Shown here in pieces: positions 54,501 through 64,000 of a DNA stretch of 64,000 bases (positions within the stretch are counted from its first letter, which is position 1; every line of letters begins with the position of its first letter). This DNA is from Phoronis australis (taxonomy: Eukaryota > Animalia > Phoronida). The stretch is from assembly GCA_002633005.1 (NCBI GenBank), contig NMRA01000458.1, positions 270,260 through 334,259 on the forward strand. Reading direction: 5' to 3'. Both the position numbers and the translations under genes were made by a program. Under the pieces are notes generated by a model. That model was given only the letters and a program-made list of their open reading frames with translations. It did not search any database and was not told the origin of the DNA.

Positions 54501-55959
54501 CCACTCGGATGCCAAGTACCGGACAGACGCGTAAATTGCTGGAAAGAGCTGTCCGTACTGTACAAAGATACATGTAACCCCTGGTGTGCAGCTGTTCTTG
54601 TCAACCTACACTCTTCATGAATTCACAGGACTCTCCCTCCTGGAAGGAGGACCCCGACCGTCATTTCTGTTTAACATAGTTGATCAAGAAGATGTCTCTG
54701 AAGAGCGCAACAGTTCATACAAGGAGTCAAACGGACCGAGCTTCTTCAGGTAGAGACTTTGATTAAATTTAAAAGCTCGGACTTGTACACATATAAGTCA
54801 TGGGCGACCAAATAAAGCACAACTTTTGACTAAAATGCTTTCGTCTAAATTCATTTATAATTCTCTTTGATTTTTGAAATGGTGCCCTAGTTAACCTTGA
54901 TCGGGATCAAGAGAACTCAAAAATGCTCCAAAACCTGACCCCCAGTGTTCAAATACAAAAGGAATTTACCAATAATGAGACGTGATTTTCAGTTGTTGGA
55001 AGTGAAACCTAGCACGAGGTTCCTACTCATGCCAGGAACAGATGGAAAGCAAATGACTGTCCGTATTCTACAAAAGCTTTTAAAGCCCTCATTTTCAACC
55101 CTTGGCTCTGTAAGACGCGAGCGTGAAGAGGAAATATACAGGAAGTTCATCAAGTACATGAGAAAAGCAGCAGGTATACTACTTACATACATGTGCACTC
55201 ATGCCTGTACATCTCACTGATAAGTTATTGCACTGGCTCCATAAAAAACGCCGATTTCCAGTAATCACTTACCAAAATATGACTGGTAAAATCCGGGAAT
55301 TTTGGTACCAAATATTTCCTGGCAGGTGATGAGACATTTATTTCATTGCATGCTTCCACCTAGCTCTAAGTACAATCCTAAGTTCCCTTAGTGACAAAGT
55401 AAGGGATCACTTTCTACATGCAATGTCTAAAACTGGTTTCAATTGAAACTTTCTTCTTACAGATTTTACCTTGAATTCAGAATAAGGCTCACAAATGACC
55501 CATTGAGCTGCTGATGTATATGTATATGAAGTACAGGCAGTGAGCCAGAGCTCCCAATGAATTATTCACTACACACGTCCAGCCATACTTCCATATATAA
55601 GAATCAAATAAAACTTGAAAGAATGGCAATAATAACAAAGATTTTAGTAGAAATATCTATTCAAATATAAATTGTTTGCTTCTCTTGCAGCTGGTTGACG
55701 AGGTGATGCCTCGCTGCAATCTATTCTGCGTTTTGTCACAGGGTTGGAAGTAATGCCAACTGTAGATTTTGCAGTGCATCCTTCCATTTCGTTTGTGCCT
55801 GTGCATAGCAATCAGACATTTATCCCCACGGCCTCAACTTGCTCTAATCTGTTAAATTTGCTTGTGGAACCATTGCCACCGCTGAGAGCACCTACCCCAG
55901 GGAACTTGTTCGACCTGTATGATATGGCGTTTTCGAACACATATTTTCTGAGCAACTAA
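48561..55959 (+). pseudogene. Spliced G2E3-like HECT E3 ligase pseudogene with N-terminal domain, C2HC Zn finger, HMG-like and GTF2I-repeat-like exons
   Basis: Exon-like blocks: 48561-48612, 48774-48933 (FVCLEK..LVPT; TAG at 48854), 49095-49368 (TAA at 49108; GFELL...IYIRPIQR...CIRCQHEFPVSRLRSHLRLC), 50132-50290, 50792-50918, 51529-51706, 52955-53034, 53357-53439, 53776-54150 (FYDEEVEHLGGPRREFL), 54629-54749 (LSLLEGGPRPSFL), 54993-55173, 55691-55959 (ILRFVTG...PTASTC). Several premature stops and phase breaks. Confidence 0.8.
51970..53018. repeat. ~525-bp near-identical tandem duplication joined at an N (possible assembly artifact)
   Basis: 51970-52493 matches 52495-53018 with a few substitutions. 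The only N seen in the window (52494) sits exactly at the junction. Confidence 0.85.
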
Positions 55960-55964
55960 AACGT

Positions 55965-57394
55965 TTTAAGAAAAGTTAGAAGGAAAAATTTCAAAGATTG
56001 AAAATTTGATCTGTAATAAATTTCAGGAGATGTCCAAGAAAATTAGTAATCTTGAGAAAGAAAACAATGACTTACATGAACAGCTGAGAAAGCACAAACA
56101 TGAAGACAAACCATCCACGAGTTATGCAGACATTTTAAAATGAGACGACATGTCTTCTTGGAATAAAGCTTGTGCAAAAGAGGAAGCAGAGAATATTGTT
56201 AAGAACATGTGTATGAAAAGCAGTAGACGGTGACAACCAAGACGAGCCGAAGTCATGAGAATGTAAAGGAAAAACATGCAAGAATTCAAATGAATAAAAA
56301 ACATTTGAATCGATAGGAACTGTTGCTTTGGTTGGAGATAACAACTTCAAAGCATTATTATACGACAAAGAGATGTCTCAGAGGGCAGACAAGTACAATA
56401 TCATCAAAAGAATTATACGTGGCAGAAGTGCTACTCAGGAATGTGAGATGTATCGACAAACAATTATAGTTAAAACAGTTACTCTTCAATTTGGTAGAAA
56501 TGACCTTGCAAATACTGCCTCAAGAATAGAAAGATGATTGTGAAATGCAGCACAAAGTTTTTAAAGTGATCTGTGGCACTTTGATAGAATTAGCAAGGAA
56601 ATACAGCCGATCTTCAAAGTGTTAAGTTGGAATTATTATGCCAAGTTTCGGAAGTGATACCAATCCATATTTCACTAAGCGATTTAATGAGATGTGCATG
56701 AAAGAGGGACCTGCTAGGTTCTTATGCCTTTATAAGACTATAACGATGCAAAAGGATGAAACGGACCTTGACAAAGAATTGAAGACAAAATTACACCAAG
56801 GCATTCATTTCATATACAACTTTTATAAAGAGATTGTAGAAAGTAGCGTACAACGAATGGATTTACCACATGATCTGTGGATACAGAAATGGCAGATAAC
56901 ATTGATTGGTTGGCGATATACCAAGAGAAATGCAACAGATGTTTGAAGGGTTTCATGGTGAATTCTATGCGTATAAAGTCACTAGTGTAGATTATGTAGT
57001 ACTACTGGACACAAAGAAGCATGTCGTTCACAGTTCTTGAGATGTATGTTTTGTGAATGGACATGATAGACGTTCCTGCCAAGTGAGGAAGTAAAATGCT
57101 TCCATGATTTGAAAGATATCATTGACATTAAATTGCTCCTAGATAAACGTCCTAAGAATTTGCATCAATGCCTGACGACTTTCTTTGAAGTCTCCTTAGT
57201 CTGTGGCATTATTTGTCACATATAAATGCACATTTTAACATAAATTCCATTATTTTCAGGGTGTCAATCGTGTGAACGGACGTTTGATATAAGCATTTGA
57301 ACTGTTGCACAAGGTAAACATATCAAGAGAGGAACACCATTTCTGGAATAACAAAGTTGTGGAAGCCATGATTAAAGTGGAACTGAGAGGAGCA
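55965..57394 (+). repeat. Further copy of the coiled-coil/SGNH unit, starting directly after the HECT pseudogene stop
   Basis: ORFs 56328-56537 (VGDNNFK...LQFGRNDL) and 56638-56946 (HQGIHF). The nucleotide sequence closely matches the 44.2-46.3 kb copies. Confidence 0.75.
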
Positions 57395-58138
57395 CAGAGT
57401 TTACCAAAAAAGTGGCACCACTTAAACAGACAAATACTGAACCAGGAAATATTTGCCATGCAGTGGGAAAGACTAAAACCAGGAAAGACCCATGGCAAAA
57501 ACAAACTTAAGACTCATAGCTTAAAATAATCTGAATGCAGAGCCCATTCTGTTCAAAAGGATCAGACTAATTCTTTTCGCAAAGCAGATGGCACTGGTTT
57601 TTTCACCAATTCCTTCAACCGTTTAGATCTACTAGTATCAACTTGACACGTTGAGAGCGCAGGCAGCAATCGCTACTTATTCGATTTGTGAATTCGTTAT
57701 TTCATACTTAATTAATAAGATTCAAGATCTCAGTTTATTATCAATGTTTTTGGTGGAAACTTTATAAGAGGTTACCGTTGTACCATTGAGAAGCTTCACA
57801 GCATTGGGGGTCATTATAGGGCTAATCTAGAATAGTCTGATTTGCCAAAAGTCACAAAGCCCTTCAATTATTGCTTACAGCTAATAGCCATAATTGAGAT
57901 GAATCACTGTAACAGTTTCATCATGTAATGATATCAGTTTCAATACAAATTTATACCTGCACCGAGACAGTTTAGACTGCAATCTCTGCCCATAAAAACC
58001 TTAAATGAATGTAGAAAGAGATTTCGTAAAAATTCAAAATAGCTGTGCACAATATCTTGAACATAAATTGTTCACTCTTAACAATGAGGTATGCATGTTC
58101 CACGTGGTTATGGAATGGCATCACATAAACATCACTTG

Positions 58139-61100
58139 CTAACTCAATGCACAACACCTCAACATATGTGGCCCACCAAAACTGCACGACATACACAGTT
58201 TGGCAGCCATTTTGATATGCATTGCAGGGTACCTTCTCTTGCACACATGACAAGTTTCGAAGCCTGGAAGTTGCTGGATCTTGTGCCGGATGCAAAGCCC
58301 AGCCTCTTGAGTTGAGTTGAGCACTGGATTGCCACATACTATACATGACTGACCATGAGGAAAGTTGGCCATTGGATTTCTCTGATTCACGCAGAATGAA
58401 CAGATGTACAACTTTTGTACGTTTGCCATCTGACCTCGCATGCTGCACCGAATTTTCTGCAGCAACAAGAGTAAAGAATTAGTCAACATAGTTGCACTGG
58501 TATACCAAATATCATATTTATGACTATTTGTTTTGCTTTCACAATCAGTTTGGCAAAAATATATATTTCATGACGTCAAAGTGGTCTCAAATCAGCCAGA
58601 AATAAAATGGTCACCGAGAGAGAGAGAGTTCCACATTGGCACATAGTATGGAGTTTGCAGCAAGAACAAATGACCTAAGAATCATCATTTAACACCAACT
58701 ACACTATGGCGAATGTATGAATCATACTGAAGGGTACTTACATCAGTGTAAATATGACGATAGTACTGAGGCTTGCCCTGAAGAAACTGAAGAAGCCTAC
58801 AAACACAACATATTCCATCAGTTGGTTACAACTAACAACATCAACCAATTGGAGTACATCAATGACTTGAGGTAGTACTTTCATTTCAGTGCCACACGCA
58901 TGCGACATATCCTGGCTCTGTGTTATCATAGCAGGATCATAAGAAAGGAATGTTTTGATCACACCATGCTCAGCAAATTAAATACTATTGAAAACGTGTA
59001 TGATTTCCAATATTTTTCTGAGTGTGTACAGTGTACATCCTAAAATAAAAAAGTTTCAAATAATATTCATATAAAATAGCACCACAAACTTGGATAGTCA
59101 TCTTGTTGCATCACAATTGGCCACTAGGTTGAATTCACTTAAGTGAACCACAAATCTTCAAAAAATTTCGATCATTGATTTCCTTCTGCTGAAGTCTATG
59201 TGCCATAGTATGGTGACTTTTATTCATTTCCCCAGTTTCTAAATGCTGTCTAATTCCTTGGAATCCATTGGTCTCTGAAATTTCACATCAACATCCAAAA
59301 AGATGATATCTGACAGTGCCACGTAACCAAGTTTTTCATTGGTCAGTCAGACACAGCCTTGAAAGAGGTTGACCTGTATGCAAATTATAATTAATACACA
59401 CTTGTATTTAAGATCCTAAGTTTCATTGGTTGGACCTTGAGCTTTAGACTATTTTTGTCACTTCACAAATACATTAACTTTCTAGATATTCTTTAATTTC
59501 GTTTAACTGATTTTTATGCCCTAAAAGTGTAGACTAAATCCAACAGATTGTAGGGTTGACACTATCGCAAGTCTGAGTGAAGGATATTTTTAAAAAAGCA
59601 TAGAGCAAGTCATCTAGAAAAACTTAGGGCCCTATCACACCTAAGAGAATATAGTTCTCCGTACAATCATGAAAGCCAGCTAACAGGAACAACTGACCAA
59701 ACACAATGTTGCATGTTTTTGGCAAAAGTTGCCTATTTGTGCCAAACTTTGGCAAGTTTCATAGAAATATTAAAACAGGCTAAAGCATTAAATTTTAAGA
59801 GAGTCCAGTGTGACAGGGCATTTACTGGATTTTGCAGAACCAGCTCATTCCTTCACCTGGGCCACCAAAGCGTTTCAATTCTTTGATCAAAATATTTATT
59901 AAGTAAGATGCTCCTAAAGACTAGAATTACATTTTTCTCATTGTTAAGTAAGATGCTCCTAAAGACTAGAATTACATTTTTCTCATTGTATCAGAAACTG
60001 TAAATGAGTATCATTTCATATGAGGAATTTAATCTTCAAGCCTAAAATGCATGATGTAGGTGTGATTGACAACTGTCAACTCTTACCATTAATCCATTCA
60101 TTCACTCACCTTGACTTGTTGCCACTTTGCAGCACATGATGACACAGTTCCCCAATCATAGTGGTGTCCTTCGTGTTGCTGTATTTGGAGTACAGACAAT
60201 CACTGACGTGTGTCGACCACACCACTCGGTCACTTGGATCCCCTAAGACCAGCTCAGTGGTAGCCTAATACAGATTCAAAATTAAACATAAATGGCTCTG
60301 TTCCATAGATGGAAATGAGAAATAGGTTTGTCAATGGACTCTGCAGATATTTTCACCAAGAGTTTCTTGTGTTATTCACAATTCACTTTAACAGTAAAAT
60401 ATTTTAAAATTGATTCAGTCATATAATTTGCAGATGATTTCATTGACTTAGCAAGAGTTGGCTGTGGAAATGCCACGGAAGGTTTGAATTTCCAATGAGT
60501 ACTAAATGTTGTAAGCAGTCAATTTTTACGACATACATTAACAGTATAAGCATAAGGTTAAGTATCCTTAAACCATGACTTGTGAAGTTACATACATGTT
60601 ACACAACCTCCTCTGACCAACACAACAGCAATGTTTTGATAAATAGAAAACTTAATGTATTCACACAAATTGACATGATGAACAGACAACTTCGATTAGT
60701 CAGTTAGTGCCAGTGGCAGTGGAGGCAACAGTTACTACAATTTCTTTATTTCCCTTTTGAGTTACCTCAAGATCCTATGTTAGCTAGAGTGGCACATACT
60801 AATCAATTTGAACCGTCACATTTGATTGTCTTTTGCTATGTGTATGCCTGATGTAAGCAATTTGTCCGATATACGCATACTGAGGTGATGGTGAGAGCGA
60901 GGAGAGAGTAGAATGCACATTGATCCCATTACAAGTTGTATGAAGTTATAATAAAGCTCAACAAAGTCAGGGTCCATACCATTATTCACCTTACACCCAA
61001 CATGTCTCGGCCTTTTACTCGAGTACTTACAGTTTGTATCACATCAGAAATGGAGTAACCACACCAAAACACTGACCTGTTGAACAGCTGTGTGGATAAA

Positions 61101-63988
61101 CAGTATCCTTTCACTCGACCCTGACACGTGACGCACAAATGGCTTCAGTTGACGGCAGATAATTGCCCAAGTTATTGGTGGTACCATGGGAAGGTCTGCG
61201 TCACCAAGAAGACAGAGTACATCATCGCTGGTGACACCATACAACATGCTGCCCATAATGCACAGAAACTGAAAAATGAAAAAGTCAACGAATAAACAAA
61301 AGATTGGGAGCGTAGACATAAATCTTTTGCACAATGATCCTGATGGTACTTGTGATTATTCAACCTCAAAAAAATAGAAAATTTTGTGCAACCTCCTTTC
61401 CGATCTCTTATAACATCCACCTCTAACCTAAAAGTACAACTCACCTTTTTCATGCAGCCTGTTTCATCTTCATCAATCAGCCTCTGTAGAATGTCTCTGA
61501 CAAGACCATTCAGGGAGTCGGGCAGATTACTGATCTTCTGCGTCACCATGGAGAATTCGCCAAATGTTCGAAGCTCTTCGCAAGCAATTGACAACCACAG
61601 TGGTACATCAGACGCTGGGTTGGACAGAAGTAGTCTCATTTGATTAGGGTCAAGTCTCTAAAAAAGAAGTGTTAATTTTGCAAAGTTTTACTCCATAATA
61701 AAAGTATAAATGAGATTTCTACATCACTAAAAAAAATTTCGAATGTGATAGCTTTTGATAGGTTACGTTAAAGTAACATTTCACCATACCACGGATACTA
61801 CAAGACACCTGGGAAGGACAGAAAAGAAACAAGACCTTGGTTCTTTGCCACGCAGAGTACAAGACAAAATTTACATTCGGTGATTGGGCGAGTGGCTAAG
61901 TATATCCCTGACATAATGTAGTCTGCACTTCTGCACATCTCAGTAAACAAGTAACAAATATGCAATGTGAGCATCACTCGCTAGACTCTCAACAACAACA
62001 TGAATACCTCAAAGAAAGTATATGGGTAACACCAGAAGACACCTGGTGAGAAACTGAGTAGACAACATAGACATCAAATCATGAACATTCTGGGCAAAAA
62101 ATTATCATACCGTGTTTGGGGTATACAAAGGTCCCTGCACATAGCATAACAGTGGTGCTATCCTGTTCACGTACTTCATCAACCTTCATACCCGCAGGAC
62201 TGCTTAAGGGAAGCATCGGCCTTAAGCTTATGGCTAACCACCAGGCCTTCATCAGCCTTGAGCTTATGGCTAACCACCAGGCCTTCATCAGCCTTGAGCT
62301 TATGGCTAACCACCAGGCCTTAATCTACAGGGTGTCCAGAGTGTCCAAATGGAAACCCTGAATCAATTTTAGACACCCCGACTAGAATGCCCTTGTTCTG
62401 CATTTGGACCCCCAAGCAAAGCAACCATTGTTTCTTTTAATGTGCCAACAGCAGCACTGGGACCTCATAGTCCGGTCCAGGCTTACTTCTCCGCAAACAA
62501 TTAATAAACAAATTTGAATGCTCTGAATGTAAAATTTTCTGCTACTCTTGACTTACCTTGTTATAGCGACCAAAGTACCGCTCTGCCAAAGTCTGACGGC
62601 AATCAATGCCCAACAGAGGGAGCTCCATGGGCACACAGTGCGTAAGACGAGCGGAAGTAGGAGAATCATCTGACCTGGCACTCACAATGCAACAAACGTT
62701 TCTTGGAAACAATGGCGGAAGTAAATCCAAATAATAACTACTGCTGTGGTCATGCAACTGTAATAATAACCATATGGTGAGACGAAATATTCACTGACAG
62801 TAACGCAATTTGACTTATCCAGACGATCCTTATTCATGAATAGTGCAAAATTAATGGGATCACTGCACTCTTTCCCAGCGCAACGAGCGCTAGCACTGTG
62901 AAAAGATCATGTAACATGGGTTCTCATTTACTAACAGAACAAAGTAATATTGTAACATTCTGATTGGTTGGAAAATAACAATCGGACATGTTGATTGATG
63001 AAATGCACATGAACAATGCTCCCTCTATTGAGAAATGTCTCTGCAGCTTGCGGCTGCAACACGACAAGACAACTAAAAGAAACTGTCACTGACAGCTAAA
63101 ATGGTGAAACAATGCTGAGAAATATTTCTACAGTGACACGCCATCTTGTTCACTCTGTGCATCCACTATGTGGCATTGTTGTCTGGACAAGTCTAAAATT
63201 TCCTGATTACATAGGTGTATATCCTATGGAGTTGGAATCGTAATCCATCTCTGCTTAGGTTAGAGTATGGTGATTCTCCAACCCTCTCTCGAATCAATTT
63301 GGTTCCAAATATTGTGGACGCACAGAGTGAACAAGATAGCGAGTCGTTTTACAAGTATTTCTCAACATTATTCCACCATTATAGCCATGATTAACAGTTT
63401 AGCTTCTTATATTGCATGTGAACAACATCAGATAACCTTTCATCAATATAAGATAGACTTATCTAAATGAATGTAATCCATACAGATAAGCGTTTACATT
63501 CACGGTAACAAGATGTGAAACAAAACAACAAAACAAATCACTATACTTTTCCCGCTCATTCCTGCACCACATGTTTACAACATCCATAACAAGGCATGTG
63601 TATTAATGCCAAATGCTAATTTCTAACTGTCGATCATAAGCCCTTCACATGGCCATTCTCCTGCATAGGTGGTGCTGCGACAGGGTGTAACTGTCAACAA
63701 CTTTGCTGTCACATAGTAAAATTCTGCGTCCTTCAGAATTAGTCAAATCAACATGCTTAGCTTAACATCCTACAACAGGTGAATAGTTCAGGGCAGTTTT
63801 GCACTAACCTTTGCGAACATCAAAGAAAAAACATTCACCAGTGTGAGAGTAGTTCACAATTACCCTTTCATGTACCTCATTGAGTCCGTCAAGTATTATG
63901 ACAATCCTCTTCCCGCTTTGCCTGCACTGATCCAGACAATCGGCCATTAGAGACTGACTACTACCATACCGGCTAAAGCCGCCCTTCT
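58139..63988 (-). CDS. TEP1-like NACHT/STAND NTPase with C-terminal Cys-rich (PHF5-like) zinc domain; 3' part only, gene starts beyond the right edge
   Basis: Phase-consistent exons: 63988-63876 (Walker B RIVIILDGLNE), 62757-62557 (CCIVSARS...YFGRYNK), 61657-61445 (RLDPNQMRLLL...PLWLSIACEELRTFGEF...LPDSLNGLVRDILQRL, resembling the helical domain after the TEP1 NACHT), 61268-61077, 60264-60110, 58796-58742, 58456-58139 (stop). No in-frame stops. Confidence 0.85.
59900..59989. repeat. 45-bp direct duplication
   Basis: TAAGTAAGATGCTCCTAAAGACTAGAATTACATTTTTCTCATTGT x2. Confidence 0.9.
62221..62320. repeat. 36-bp tandem repeat, ~2.8 copies
   Basis: Unit CTTGAGCTTATGGCTAACCACCAGGCCTTCATCAGC. Confidence 0.9.
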
Positions 63989-64000
63989 CTGTAACACAAG

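Overview
This is AT-rich, intron-dense animal genomic DNA, probably from a marine invertebrate (the taxon cannot be fixed from the sequence). Bases 1-27.4 kb hold the 5' part of midasin (MDN1/Rea1) on the minus strand: 30 phase-consistent exons, about 1619 codons, AAA rings D1-D4, continuing off the left edge. Head-to-head with it, with 579 bp between the start codons, is a complete 11-exon EED/esc gene (PRC2 WD40 subunit, 422 aa, + strand). EED has a U12-type intron and a 48-bp tandem array built from its own exon-2 splice acceptor. The 43-57.5 kb region is a decayed mobile/cargo zone. It contains repeated coiled-coil/SGNH (LINE-ORF1-like) units, a Kolobok-like transposase remnant cut by a TA-flanked MITE, and a spliced pseudogene combining a Zn finger, HMG-like, GTF2I-repeat-like and HECT modules. 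The 58-64 kb region is the 3' part of a TEP1-like NACHT gene (minus strand) ending in a PHF5A/Rds3-like 12-ligand zinc domain. All calls come from manual translation and remembered family motifs; no searches were run.
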